Source: Myxococcota bacterium (lineage in GTDB: Bacteria; Myxococcota_A; UBA9160; UBA6930). From it: a stretch of DNA of 64,000 nt. Shown here piece after piece: positions 30,149 to 40,032 of the stretch (position 1 is its first letter; each line of letters starts with the position of its first letter). The stretch covers positions 5,088,001 through 5,152,000 of the forward strand of contig OZ245002.1 of NCBI GenBank assembly GCA_965223415.1, in the 5' to 3' direction. Made by a program: the position numbers and the translations under genes. Below the pieces are notes generated by a model. That model was given only the letters and a program-made list of their open reading frames with translations. It searched no databases and was not told the DNA's origin.

Positions 30149-32581
30149 GTGGCGCGTCGCACCCCCCTCGACCTGCTCGACTCCTTCGTCACCACCACCG
30201 CCGGAGCCGGTCTCGTCCACCGCTCGGCCGAGGACGCCATCCTGACCGGTCGCACGATCCGCGTGGGCGGCCGCGACCTGCTGCAGTTCGGATCGTGCAG
30301 CTACCTGGGCCTCGAGCTCGACGAGCGCCTGACACGCGCCGCGTGCCGGGCCGCGGAGCAGTACGGCACCCAGTTCTCCTCGTCACGCAGCTACGTCTCC
30401 GCACCCCTGTACGAGGAGCTCGAAGCGCGCCTGGAAGAGATGCTCGGTGGAGCGACCCTGGTGACGCCGTCCACCACCCTGGGACACCTGGCCGCCCTTC
30501 CTGCCCTCGTCCACGAGCACGACGCGCTCCTCCTCGACCACCAGGTGCACCACAGCGTGCAGATGGCGGTCCAGGTGGCGCGCGGCGAGGGCTGCCACGT
30601 CGAGCTGATCCCCCATGACGATCTCGCCACGCTCGAAGAGAGGGCTCGCGAGCTCGCGCCGCGGCACCGGCGGGTCTGGATCCTCGCCGACGGCGTCTAC
30701 AGCATGTTCGGCGATCTCGCGCCGGTGGCGGCCCTGTGGGCCCTGGCCGAGAAGGTCCCGAACCTCTGGCTCTACGTGGACGACGCCCACGGTCTGGGTT
30801 GGTCCGGAGAGCGGGGCTGCGGCACGGTGCTCTCCCGTGCGCCGCTCCACGAGCGGGTCATCGTCGCAACCAGCCTCAACAAATCCTTCGCCGCCGCGGG
30901 TGGATGCCTGGTGTTCGGCGATCCCGAGCAGTGCCGCCGGGTGCGCACCGTCGGAGGGCCGATGATCTTCTCGGGACCGGTCCAGCCGCCCATGCTCGGC
31001 GTCGGGATCGCGTCGGCAGAGCTCCACCTCTCGCCGGAGCTCCCGGGGCTGCAGGCCGAGCTGCGGACGCGCATCGAGGAATCGACCCGCCTGCTCCAGG
31101 AACTCGGCCTTCCCCTCGTCTCGAGCGACCGCACGCCGATCCGTTTCGTGGGGGTGGGCCTGCCCCGGGTCGCCCGCAACCTGGCGGCCCGGCTCATGGC
31201 GGACGGCTTCTACACGAACATCTCCCACTTCCCGGCAGTGCCGATGAAGCAGGCGGGGATCCGCTTCACCCTCACGCGACACCAGCGGCCCGACGACCTC
31301 GCCGCCCTCGCCGACGCCTTCGCCCGCCACTTCCACGCCGCCTTCCGCGAGGAGGGCCAGGATCCCGGCAAGGTCTGGAGCGCCTTCCGGCTGACCGAGC
31401 GACGGCCCAGCCGCCCGCGGGCGATGTTCCCGTCGGAGGTGGAGGAACTCGACTCCATCGAGAACATCGAACCCGCGATCTGGGATGCCTGCCTCGGGGA
31501 TCGCGGGAGCTTCTCCTGGGCCGGCCTGCGCTTCCTCGAACGCCTGTTCCGGTGCCCGGGCCGCCCCGAGGACGAGTGGCGCTTCCGCTACTACCTGATC
31601 CGCGGCCCCGACGGAGCGCCGGTGGTGACCACCTTCTTCACCCGGGCCCTCTGGAAGCTGGACATGCTCGAGGCCGCGCCCGTGTCCGAGGTCGTGGAGG
31701 GACTGCGCCAGAAGCACCCCTATGCCCTGACGGCCCAGGTATTCTCGATGGGATCGCTGCTGACGGAGGGGAACCACCTCTTCGTCGACGAGGCGCGGAT
31801 GCCCGCGGGCTCCCCCATGTGGGAGAAGCAGCTCTCGGCCCTGCTCACCCATGTGCGGGAGCGTGCGGAGCTGGAGCAAGCACCGTTCGTCGCGCTTCGT
31901 GACCTGCCGGCCGACGACGATCGCCTCGATGACCTGCTGGTGGCTCACGGATTCGTGCGCCAGGACGCCGCCGAGCGCTTCGTCCTCGAGCTGGAGTCCG
32001 ACGAAGCACAGGACCTCCGGCGTCTGCGCAAGAAGTATCGCGCCTTCCTGCGTGCCGAGGTCCGGCCCTGGAACGACGCCTACGCCTGCGAGGTGGTCCG
32101 CGCCGGAGGTCGCGCCCTCTCCGACGAGGAGCGAGCGCGCCTCCGCGAGCTCTATCGCAACGTGCACGGGCGAAGCCGCGAGCTGAACACGTTCCCGCTC
32201 CCCGGCGACGTGTTCGATCGGATGCTCGAGGACGAGTGCTGGGAGCTCCTGCTGCTGCGCCCCCGCGCCGCCGCCGTGGGCACGCCCCCGCTGGCCCTGG
32301 TAGCGAGCTTCCGGGGGCCCGGGACCTACAGCCCGATGGTGATCGGGCTCGACTACGACCACGTGCGCAGCGCAGGACTCTATCGCCAGTGCCTGCGGCA
32401 CGTCATCCAGCGGGGCCGCGCCCTCGGCTACCGGAGCATCGCCCTCGGGCTCGGAGCGGGCCTCCAGAAGCGGCGCTTCGGGGCTCGCGCCGAGACGGGG
32501 AGCGTCTACCTGCTGGCGGAGGATCACTACCCCCTGGACGTGCTCGCAGAGATCCGCACGCGTACGCACCGAAGCGCGTGA
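30149..32581 (+). CDS. Alpha-oxoamine synthase-type PLP enzyme fused to a GNAT/FemAB-like domain
   Basis: FGSCSYLGL, DGVYSMFGD, DDAHG and SLNKSF motifs; C-terminal IGLDY...LYRQ...KRRFGA. Confidence 0.85.
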   Translation: MARRTPLDLLDSFVTTTAGAGLVHRSAEDAILTGRTIRVGGRDLLQFGSCSYLGLELDERLTRAACRAAEQYGTQFSSSRSYVSAPLYEELEARLEEMLGGATLVTPSTTLGHLAALPALVHEHDALLLDHQVHHSVQMAVQVARGEGCHVELIPHDDLATLEERARELAPRHRRVWILADGVYSMFGDLAPVAALWALAEKVPNLWLYVDDAHGLGWSGERGCGTVLSRAPLHERVIVATSLNKSFAAAGGCLVFGDPEQCRRVRTVGGPMIFSGPVQPPMLGVGIASAELHLSPELPGLQAELRTRIEESTRLLQELGLPLVSSDRTPIRFVGVGLPRVARNLAARLMADGFYTNISHFPAVPMKQAGIRFTLTRHQRPDDLAALADAFARHFHAAFREEGQDPGKVWSAFRLTERRPSRPRAMFPSEVEELDSIENIEPAIWDACLGDRGSFSWAGLRFLERLFRCPGRPEDEWRFRYYLIRGPDGAPVVTTFFTRALWKLDMLEAAPVSEVVEGLRQKHPYALTAQVFSMGSLLTEGNHLFVDEARMPAGSPMWEKQLSALLTHVRERAELEQAPFVALRDLPADDDRLDDLLVAHGFVRQDAAERFVLELESDEAQDLRRLRKKYRAFLRAEVRPWNDAYACEVVRAGGRALSDEERARLRELYRNVHGRSRELNTFPLPGDVFDRMLEDECWELLLLRPRAAAVGTPPLALVASFRGPGTYSPMVIGLDYDHVRSAGLYRQCLRHVIQRGRALGYRSIALGLGAGLQKRRFGARAETGSVYLLAEDHYPLDVLAEIRTRTHRSA

Positions 32582-33489
32582 GGGGGCCGGCGGCCGGTGC
32601 AGCGCGATGGGTGACCGGGCTCCTGGGAGCCGCGCTCTTCGCCGGGGTGGCGGTGTTCGCTGCCAGCGAGTGGCGTCTCCAACGGCGTTGGCCGGCGCCC
32701 CCGGACGTCGCCGCCTCGCCGCCGGCGCGGACCGTAGCGAACCCGGAGCCCCTCGATCGCGGGCGCCACCTGGCAGAGCACGTCACGCTCTGCGGGCACT
32801 GCCACGCTGCGGACCTGGGCGGCGCGGCGATCTCCGAGAGCTTCTGGGCGGGCACCCTCTGGGCCCCCAATCTGACGGGGGGGCGCGGCGGCCTCGGCGC
32901 GAGTCGAACCGAGGCGGACTGGATCGACGCTCTGCGCCGCGGCGTCGACCCGGACGACCGCACCCTGGTGGCCATGCCCGCCGACCATCTCGGGGCGCTC
33001 TCGGCGGCGGACCTCTCGGCCGTTCTCGCCTACCTGGCCCAGGTACCGCCGGTGGATCGGATCACGCCGCCCCGGCGCATCGGGCCCGCCGCGCGGCTCG
33101 CGATCCTGCTCGAGCGCGGCAGCGACGTGCTCGCCGCCGAGCGTGTCACCCCCACTCGCTCGCCGCCGCCCATGCCGGAACCCGCCCCCAGCGCCGCCTA
33201 CGGCGCCTACCTGGCGCGGGTCGGCCTCTGCTACCTCTGCCACCACGCGGATCTGTCCGGCGGCCTGCATCCCCTCGCCCTGCCGGGAGAGCCCTCGCCC
33301 GCAGACCTGCGTCCGGCCGCCCTGGCGGGCTGGTCCGAGGAGGACTTCCGGCTCGCGATGCGCGCCGGCCGCACTCCGGACGGCCGCACCCTCGACCCGG
33401 CCTGGATGCCCTGGCCCCGCTACGCCGGGCTCAGCGATCTGGAGCTGACGGCGCTCTGGCGGTTCCTTCGTGAGCGAAGAGGTCCCTAA
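32578..33489 (+). CDS. Di-heme c-type cytochrome
   Basis: CGHCH and CYLCH, APNLT and MPW motifs; N-terminal TM. Confidence 0.85.
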   Translation: MRGPAAGAARWVTGLLGAALFAGVAVFAASEWRLQRRWPAPPDVAASPPARTVANPEPLDRGRHLAEHVTLCGHCHAADLGGAAISESFWAGTLWAPNLTGGRGGLGASRTEADWIDALRRGVDPDDRTLVAMPADHLGALSAADLSAVLAYLAQVPPVDRITPPRRIGPAARLAILLERGSDVLAAERVTPTRSPPPMPEPAPSAAYGAYLARVGLCYLCHHADLSGGLHPLALPGEPSPADLRPAALAGWSEEDFRLAMRAGRTPDGRTLDPAWMPWPRYAGLSDLELTALWRFLRERRGP

Positions 33490-34019
33490 CGTCCGGCGTG
33501 CTCCCGGGCGAGCGTGACGTAGGAGAGCGTGCGCTCGCGCTGCAGCGCCAGCTCGTCGGCCCGAAGCTCCCGCACCGGCCGCGCCGGCGTTCCCACGACC
33601 AGGGTGCGCGGGGGCACCTCCGCTCCCGGCGCAACCACCGCGCCGGCTGCCACGAGCGCCTCGTCGCCCACCCGCGCGCCGTCGAGGACGACGGCACCGA
33701 TGCCGATCAGCGCCCCGTCGCCCACCCGGCAGCCGTGCACCACCGCTCGGTGACCGATGGTCACCTCGTCGCCCACCTCGGTCGGATGCCGATCCCGGGT
33801 GACGTGCAGGACCGCGCCGTCCTGCACGTTGCTGCGCTGGCCGACGCGGATGTGGTGCACGTCGCCCCGCAGCACGCAGGCGTACCAAACGCTCGTCTCG
33901 GCCCCGAGCTCCACCTCACCGATCACGGCGGCGCCAGGTGCCACCCAGGCGCTCTCGTCGATCCGCGGGTGGGAAGTGAGATAGGGAAGGATGCGCGCGT
34001 CGGGAAAGCGGTCGGTCAC
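33486..34019 (-). CDS. Gamma-carbonic anhydrase family (YrdA-like)
   Basis: VLRGDV, SNVQDGAVLH and TIGHRAVVHGC hexapeptide repeats. Confidence 0.9.
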   Translation of the reverse strand: MTDRFPDARILPYLTSHPRIDESAWVAPGAAVIGEVELGAETSVWYACVLRGDVHHIRVGQRSNVQDGAVLHVTRDRHPTEVGDEVTIGHRAVVHGCRVGDGALIGIGAVVLDGARVGDEALVAAGAVVAPGAEVPPRTLVVGTPARPVRELRADELALQRERTLSYVTLAREHAGR

Positions 34020-34078
34020 GGCCGGAGAGTGACACGGCTTGCCCGCCGCGGCCCTTCCGGAGTGGGGGCATGCCGGCG

Positions 34079-34117
34079 TGCCCAGGAAACGGGCAGTCCC
34101 TGCCCAGGAGTTGGGCG
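34079..34117. promoter_or_regulatory. Tandem NtrC-like enhancer sites
   Basis: TGCCC-N7-GGGCA (34079-34095) and TGCCC-N7-GGGCG (34101-34117), 22 bp apart. Confidence 0.65.
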
Positions 34118-34153
34118 AGCCCGCCGCACGGGGCCGTTCACGGCCTCCCGCCG

Positions 34154-34169
34154 TGGCATGCCGATTGCT
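34154..34169 (+). promoter_or_regulatory. Sigma54 -24/-12 promoter of amtB
   Basis: TGGCATGCCGATTGCT. Confidence 0.8.
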
Positions 34170-34202
34170 CCCCCGGCAGGCGTCACCGACCCGGAGGAAG
34201 CC

Positions 34203-35483
34203 ATGCTGCGCCCCGTCGTCCACCTGTCGATCCTGCTCGGCGTCGTCCTCGTAGCGGGGCCGGCCCTCGCCGAAGACGCACTCTCGGCGGGCGACACCGC
34301 CTGGATGCTCACCAGCACCGCCCTCGTGCTGATGATGACCGTGCCGGGCCTGGCGCTCTTCTACGGCGGCCTGGTCCGCTCGAAGAACGTGCTCTCGGTC
34401 TTCATGCAGTGCCTGATCTCCGCCGGAATGGCCGGCGTGGTCTGGATCCTGTTCGGCTACAGCCTGGCCTTCGGCGAGGGCAATGCCTTCATCGGGGACA
34501 CCTCGAAGGTGCTGCTCTCGGGCATCACGCCGGAGACGCTGTTCGGCACCATCCCCGAGTACGTCTTCGTGATGTTCCAGGGGATGTTCGCGATCATCAC
34601 CCCGGCGCTGATGCTGGGCGCTTTCGCCGAGCGCATGAAGTTCTCGGCCTATCTGGTGTTCATCGCCCTCTGGCTGGTACTGGTCTACTGCCCCCTGGCT
34701 CACATGGTGTGGGGCGGCGGCTTCATCGGCGCGAGCATCGGCGCCCTGGACTTCGCCGGGGGCCTGGTCGTCCACATGTCCAGCGGCTACTCGGCGCTGG
34801 TGGCGGCGATCGTGCTGGGGCCGCGCAAGGGCTACGGCAAGTCGCCGATGCCTCCCCACAACCTGCCCTACACCGTGATCGGGGCGGCGCTCCTGTGGGT
34901 CGGCTGGTTCGGCTTCAACGCGGGCAGCGAGCTCGCTGCCGACGGAACCGCGGGCCTGGCCTTTCTCACCACGAACACGGCCACTGCCGCGGCGATCCTG
35001 GTGTGGGCGCTCATCGAGCAGCTCCACCTGGGCAAGCCCACGGTGCTGGGGGCCGCCACCGCCGCCGTCGCCGGCCTGGTGTGCATCACGCCGGCCTGCG
35101 CCTTCGTCACGCCGGTCGGCGCCCTGGGCGTGGGAGGCATCGGGGCGGCCGTCTGCTACTTCGCCGTCGGCATCCTGAAGCCGCGCCTCGGCTACGACGA
35201 CTCGCTCGACGTGTTCGGCGTCCACGGCGTGGGCGGCACCTGGGGCGCTCTCGCCACCGCGATCTTCATCGGCGACTTCGCCCTCGGCGACGGGAGCTGG
35301 GGCGGCCAGCTCTGGGCGCAGATCCAGAGCATCGTCTTCACGGCGATCTTCGCGCCGCTGGTGACCATCGTGATCCTCTACGTGCTGAGGGCGGTGCTCG
35401 GCGACCTGCGGGTCGACGAGGATGCGGAGGCCGAGGGGCTCGACCTGGCGGAGCACTCGGAGACGGCCTACTCCCACGAGTGA
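34203..35483 (+). CDS. amtB: Ammonium transporter
   Basis: GDTAWML, FQGMFA, DFAGGLVVH, WFGFNAGS and DDSLDVFGVHG motifs. Confidence 0.95.
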   Translation: MLRPVVHLSILLGVVLVAGPALAEDALSAGDTAWMLTSTALVLMMTVPGLALFYGGLVRSKNVLSVFMQCLISAGMAGVVWILFGYSLAFGEGNAFIGDTSKVLLSGITPETLFGTIPEYVFVMFQGMFAIITPALMLGAFAERMKFSAYLVFIALWLVLVYCPLAHMVWGGGFIGASIGALDFAGGLVVHMSSGYSALVAAIVLGPRKGYGKSPMPPHNLPYTVIGAALLWVGWFGFNAGSELAADGTAGLAFLTTNTATAAAILVWALIEQLHLGKPTVLGAATAAVAGLVCITPACAFVTPVGALGVGGIGAAVCYFAVGILKPRLGYDDSLDVFGVHGVGGTWGALATAIFIGDFALGDGSWGGQLWAQIQSIVFTAIFAPLVTIVILYVLRAVLGDLRVDEDAEAEGLDLAEHSETAYSHE

Positions 35484-35566
35484 TCGGCCCGGCAGGCGGC
35501 ACCCTTCCGGGGCTCCGCCCGCCGGCGCTTCGGGGCTACCCTGGCCCGTCCGCTCAGGAGGAAGCC

Positions 35567-36748
35567 ATGCGCGTGGAAATCGGCGGCAAGCCCACCGGGC
35601 CCCTGGCCGGGGTGCAGGTCCTGGACCTCTCGACCATCGTCTCGGGCCCGCTCTGCGGCCAGGTCCTCGGCGATCTCGGCGCCGACGTGGTGAAGGTGGA
35701 GACCGCCGTCGGGGACACGGCCCGGTATCTGGGCGGCCTGCGACGAGCCGACATGACGGGCTTCTTCGCCCAGTTCAACCGCAACAAGCGCAGCGTCGTG
35801 CTCGATCTCAAGAGCGACGCCGGAGCGGCGGCCCTGCGCAAGCTCGCGCTGCGGGCGGACGTGCTGATCGAGAACTTCCGACCGGGGGTGATGGACCGCC
35901 TGGGGCTCGGCTACGAGCAGCTCGCCGAAGAGCATCCGGAGCTCATCTACGTCGCGATCAGCGGCTTCGGGCCGGACGGCCCGTACCGCGACCAGCCCGC
36001 CTACGACATGATCGTCCAGGCCCTCTCCGGCTTCGCCAAGCTCCTCGGCAGCGACGACGAGCCCCAGCTCATCAGCAACCTCGTGGCCGACAAGACCAGC
36101 GGCATCACCGCCGCCTGGGCGACCCTGGCCGCCCTGTTCGCGCGGGAGCGCGGCGGCCGCGGACAGCGGGTCGACGTGCCCATGCTCGACGCCTTCGCGG
36201 GCTTCGTGCTGCCCGACGCCTTCGGGCCCTACGCGTTCGGCGAGCCTCCGGAAGACCCGGCGGTCGGCGAGATGCTCTATCGGGCGTGGCAGACCGCGGA
36301 CGGACACGTCGCGACCCTGGTGATCGAAGACCACCAGTTCCAGGCCCTGTGCCGCGTGCTCGAGCGCGAGGACCTGGCGGCCGACGCACGCTTCACGTCC
36401 CTCATGGGTCGCCTGCAGAACGCCGGCGAGCTGTTCGGCGTCATGGAGATCGAGCTCCGCAAGCACACCACCGCCGAGCTGATGCGGCGCGCCCACGAGC
36501 ACGGCGCTCCCCTCGGCGCCGTGAACGGTATGGACGAGTTCCTGGCCGACCCCCAGGTCCGGTCGAACCAGACCGTCTTCGAGCTCGAGCACCCGGAAGC
36601 CGGCCCCATCGCCCTCTTCCGCAGCGCCCCCCGCTTCGCCCGCACCCCGAGCGACGTCCGCCGCCCCCCGCCCAAGCTCGGCGAGCACACCGAAGAAGTC
36701 CTCCGCGAAGCCGGCCTCACCCCCGAAGAGATCGAGTCATTGCGCTAG
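35567..36748 (+). CDS. CaiB/BaiF family III CoA-transferase
   Basis: GPLAGVQVLDLS, NRNKRS, ENFRPG and LGEHT motifs. Confidence 0.92.
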   Translation: MRVEIGGKPTGPLAGVQVLDLSTIVSGPLCGQVLGDLGADVVKVETAVGDTARYLGGLRRADMTGFFAQFNRNKRSVVLDLKSDAGAAALRKLALRADVLIENFRPGVMDRLGLGYEQLAEEHPELIYVAISGFGPDGPYRDQPAYDMIVQALSGFAKLLGSDDEPQLISNLVADKTSGITAAWATLAALFARERGGRGQRVDVPMLDAFAGFVLPDAFGPYAFGEPPEDPAVGEMLYRAWQTADGHVATLVIEDHQFQALCRVLEREDLAADARFTSLMGRLQNAGELFGVMEIELRKHTTAELMRRAHEHGAPLGAVNGMDEFLADPQVRSNQTVFELEHPEAGPIALFRSAPRFARTPSDVRRPPPKLGEHTEEVLREAGLTPEEIESLR

Positions 36749-36782
36749 CCGTTGCATTCGGGGCCCGTTCCGTTCGTTGCGT

Positions 36783-36819
36783 CGTTAAGTTAGGGGCCGG
36801 TTCCGATTGTCAAGTTGTT
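36783..36819 (+). repeat. 37-bp REP-like element, left copy
   Basis: CGTTAAGTTAGGGGCCGGTTCCGATTGTCAAGTTGTT; 35/37 identical to the reverse complement of 38323-38359. Confidence 0.85.
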
Positions 36820-37475
36820 CGGGGGGGCCGGCCCGTCACGGTTTGGTAGATGATGCGGGCGCAGGTCTCGACGAGGTCGTCGCGGGTGGCGTCGCCGCTC
36901 AGGAGCGTGGCCTGGTGGGCGGCGATCAGCTCGAGAAGCGAGCCGATGGCGGCGGCGGCGACCCAGGGGTGGAGCTCGGGCTCGACGTGGCCGTCCGCCT
37001 GGGCCCGCTCGATCTTGGCGGCGAAGGCGTCGAGGAGCGGCCCGAGGGCGTCGCGGCGCACTCGGTGGAATCGGCGATTCCCGCGGTCCGACTCCAGGTT
37101 CCGCAGCAGGAGCACCGCGTGGTGCGCCTCCCAGTGGCGGATGAAGCCGTCGACGATCTCCCGGGCGCGGTCGAGCCCGGCGCGGCCGCGCCAGGAGCCA
37201 TCGATCAGGGCGAACAGCGCCGGCATCTCCTCGGCGGCCGTCTCGGCCAGCTCCAGGGCCACCTCCTCCACATCCTTGAAGTAGTGGTAGAAGGTCGCGG
37301 GGGAGGTGCCCGCCGCACGGGCGATCTCGACCACCGACAGATCGAGGACGCCGCGCTCGTCCAGCAATCGTGCGGTGGCGGCGAGGATGCGCTTTCGCGT
37401 CTTGAGGGCGCGGGGCCCGAGGGCGCGGCCGCTCTGGGCGACCGGCGTCTTCCGGCGGCGGTTCGTTTTTGACAC
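36810..37475 (-). CDS. TetR/AcrR family regulator
   Basis: HTH LSVVEIARAAGTSPATFYHYF; start taken at GTG 37475. Confidence 0.9.
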   Translation of the reverse strand: MSKTNRRRKTPVAQSGRALGPRALKTRKRILAATARLLDERGVLDLSVVEIARAAGTSPATFYHYFKDVEEVALELAETAAEEMPALFALIDGSWRGRAGLDRAREIVDGFIRHWEAHHAVLLLRNLESDRGNRRFHRVRRDALGPLLDAFAAKIERAQADGHVEPELHPWVAAAAIGSLLELIAAHQATLLSGDATRDDLVETCARIIYQTVTGRPPRTT

Positions 37476-37484
37476 TTCGTCAAA
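37468..37484. promoter_or_regulatory. Putative TetR operator TTTGAC-N5-GTCAAA
   Basis: Palindrome overlapping the tetR start; the same core recurs at 41236. Confidence 0.7.
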
Positions 37485-37512
37485 TTCTAGCAGCTGGCCT
37501 ACCTTGCGGCGG

Positions 37513-38316
37513 ATGCGCGCTCCGGAGCTGTTCGACCTCGGCGGCCGCACGGCCCTCGTCACCGGCGGCGGACGCGGCCTCGGGCGCTTCATGGCGGAGG
37601 GGTTGGCCGAGGCTGGCGCCCGGGTCTTCGTGGCGTCGCGCAAGCTCGCGGCCTGTGAGGCCGCCGCCGCGGCGATCCGCGAGGCCGGAGGCGACGCCAG
37701 CGCCGTCCAGGCGGACGTGTCGCAGCCGGACAGCGTCCGCGCCCTCGTCGACCAGGTGATCGCGGACGCCGGCCGCATCGACGTCCTCGTGAACAACGCC
37801 GCCCTCGCCTGGGCCGCGCCCTTCTTCGACTATCCCCTCGAAGGCTGGGACAAGGTCTTCGACCTGAACGTCCGCGGCGTCTTCCTGCTTGCCCAGGCCG
37901 TGGCGCGCCACATGCGGGAGCACGGCGGGGGCTCGATCATCAATCTCAGCTCGCTCTCCGCCCGCTTCGGCGCGACCGACGAGGAGCAGCCGGTCGTCGC
38001 GTACATGGCCAGCAAGGGCGCCGTCGAGGCTCTGACCCGCGACCTGGCCGTGAAGCTCGCCCCCCACGGCATCCGCGTGAACGCGATCGCTCCGGGACCC
38101 TTCGATACGGACATGCTCGCCCACATCAAGAGCGACCCGGCCACCCTCGCCCGCCACGACCACCAGGTCCCCCTCGGCCGCCCCGGCGGCCCGGACGACA
38201 TCAAGGGCGTCGCGGTCTTCCTCGCCAGCCCCGCCGCCGCCTACGTCACCGGGGCCGTCCTCCGCGTCGACGGCGGTATCGCCAGCGTCTACCCCGTCAA
38301 GAAGCTCGCCCCCTGA
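37513..38316 (+). CDS. SDR family oxidoreductase
   Basis: TGGGRGLG, NNA, YMASK and VNAIAPG motifs. Confidence 0.92.
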   Translation: MRAPELFDLGGRTALVTGGGRGLGRFMAEGLAEAGARVFVASRKLAACEAAAAAIREAGGDASAVQADVSQPDSVRALVDQVIADAGRIDVLVNNAALAWAAPFFDYPLEGWDKVFDLNVRGVFLLAQAVARHMREHGGGSIINLSSLSARFGATDEEQPVVAYMASKGAVEALTRDLAVKLAPHGIRVNAIAPGPFDTDMLAHIKSDPATLARHDHQVPLGRPGGPDDIKGVAVFLASPAAAYVTGAVLRVDGGIASVYPVKKLAP

Positions 38317-38322
38317 GCGCGC

Positions 38323-38359
38323 AACAACTTAACAAACGGAACCGGCCCCTAACTTAACG
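38323..38359 (-). repeat. 37-bp REP-like element, right inverted copy
   Basis: AACAACTTAACAAACGGAACCGGCCCCTAACTTAACG. Confidence 0.85.
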
Positions 38360-40009
38360 GTAGGTGTGGCCGGCGATTTCGGTGTGGTGGGTGGTGAGGT
38401 GGGCGAGGGCCTTCTCGCGCAGGGGGTCGAGCTGGATCTTCTGGCTGCCGGTGTAGGTAACGTCTTCCGGGCGGACGGGGATGACGACGCGGGGGACCTT
38501 GTAGCTGGCGATCCGATCGCGCAGGTGGGAGCGCAGGGCGTCCGGGTCCGGCGGGGTGGTGGCGTCGGTGGGGATGACGCAGAGCACGATGGCTTCGCCG
38601 AGGGTCGGATGGGGGACGCCCAGGGCGTGGGCGGCCTTCACACCCGGGTAGGCCGCCAGAGCGGTCTCGATCTCGAGGGGCGACACGTTGGCGCCGCCGG
38701 TCTTGATCAGGTTCGAGAGCCGCCCCTTCCAGTGCAGGTTGCCATCGGCGTCGATCCAGCCCCCGTCCTGGGTGCGGAAGAAGCCCTCAGCGTCGAAGGC
38801 GTTCTCTGGATCGACCTTGTAGTAGCCGACCATCAGGGTCGGCCCCTTGACGGCGATCTCGCCTTTCTCGCCCTGGGCCAGCGATGCGCCCGACTCCGGC
38901 TCGACGATCCGGACGGTATTGCCCGGGAGCGGCGGTCCGTGGGTTTCGTGCCGCAGCGCCGGGGCGGCCCGGGCGGGCAGCGCCGTCGCCAGGGTGAAGG
39001 TCTCGGACAGGCCGTAGGACCCGTAGATCCCCCACTCGTCCTTCTCCAGGGGGACGAGCTTCGCGAGGGGCGAGCTGAACTCCACCCGTCGAACGCTGCG
39101 CAGGTCCCGGCCGGTGGCGCTGGGATGCTCGGCCATGGACTTCTCCTGGTGCGGCCAGGCGTGGACGGTGGTGATGCGCTCGCGCTCGATCGTCGCCAGG
39201 GCCTGTTCCGGGTCGAAGGACTCCTCCACGACCAGGGTCGCCCCCGCGGCGAGCGTCGCGCCCAGCGACATGGCGATGCCCGCGGTCCAGAAGAAGGGCT
39301 GGGCGGAGTACACCCGATCGTCGGACGACAGATCCATCAGCTCCGCGAAGCGCCAGCTCTGCAGGATGGCGGCGCGCTGGCGATGCAGCACGCCCTTCGG
39401 TTGGGCGGTCGTGCCCGACGTGTAGATGATGCAGCCCTCGTCCGAGGGTGCGACCTCCGAGATGCAGGCATCGAGGAGCTCGTCGTCTTCCCCGGCCCCC
39501 CGCTCGATCAGCTGGGACCAGGGCACCGCGCCGCCGCGACCGCGCTCGAGAGCCAGACAGAAGATGCGCCGCAGCTGCGGCAGCGCCCGCACCCGCAGCC
39601 CCCCCGGCCCGGCCTCCCCGACGGCGGCGTGCTGCTCGAGCAGCTCGTCGAGGAAGCGGTGCTTGAGGAGCTCCCGCTGCATGAGGAGCACCGAGACGTC
39701 CCCGTGGCGGAGGATGTGGTCGCGCTCCGAGGGGCTCGCGTAGGTGTTCACGGGAACCACCACGGCGCCGGTCATCGCCGCGCCGAAGGCCGCGGTCACC
39801 CACTCCGGGCGGTTCGCCAGCCACACCCCCACGCGAGCACCCTTCACCACGCCGGCCGCGACGAGCCCCTTCGCCACCGCCCGCGCACCCGCGTGCAGCC
39901 GTGCGTAGCTCCAGCTCTCGTCGCCGAAGCGCAGCGCCTCCCGCTCGCCGAAGCGCGCCGCCACGTCCTCGAGGAAACGCGGCCAGGTCTGGCGGTGAGG
40001 ATCGGGCAC
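38354..40009 (-). CDS. Acyl-CoA ligase (class I adenylate-forming)
   Basis: YTSGTTAQPKG, YGLSET and IKTGGANVSPLEIE motifs. Confidence 0.9.
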   Translation of the reverse strand: MPDPHRQTWPRFLEDVAARFGEREALRFGDESWSYARLHAGARAVAKGLVAAGVVKGARVGVWLANRPEWVTAAFGAAMTGAVVVPVNTYASPSERDHILRHGDVSVLLMQRELLKHRFLDELLEQHAAVGEAGPGGLRVRALPQLRRIFCLALERGRGGAVPWSQLIERGAGEDDELLDACISEVAPSDEGCIIYTSGTTAQPKGVLHRQRAAILQSWRFAELMDLSSDDRVYSAQPFFWTAGIAMSLGATLAAGATLVVEESFDPEQALATIERERITTVHAWPHQEKSMAEHPSATGRDLRSVRRVEFSSPLAKLVPLEKDEWGIYGSYGLSETFTLATALPARAAPALRHETHGPPLPGNTVRIVEPESGASLAQGEKGEIAVKGPTLMVGYYKVDPENAFDAEGFFRTQDGGWIDADGNLHWKGRLSNLIKTGGANVSPLEIETALAAYPGVKAAHALGVPHPTLGEAIVLCVIPTDATTPPDPDALRSHLRDRIASYKVPRVVIPVRPEDVTYTGSQKIQLDPLREKALAHLTTHHTEIAGHTYR

Positions 40010-40032
40010 GCGAGCGCCTCCGGGAGCCGAGT

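Noticed and set aside
30149..32581. bioF
   Set aside because: It carries a large GNAT fusion and has no biotin-gene context.
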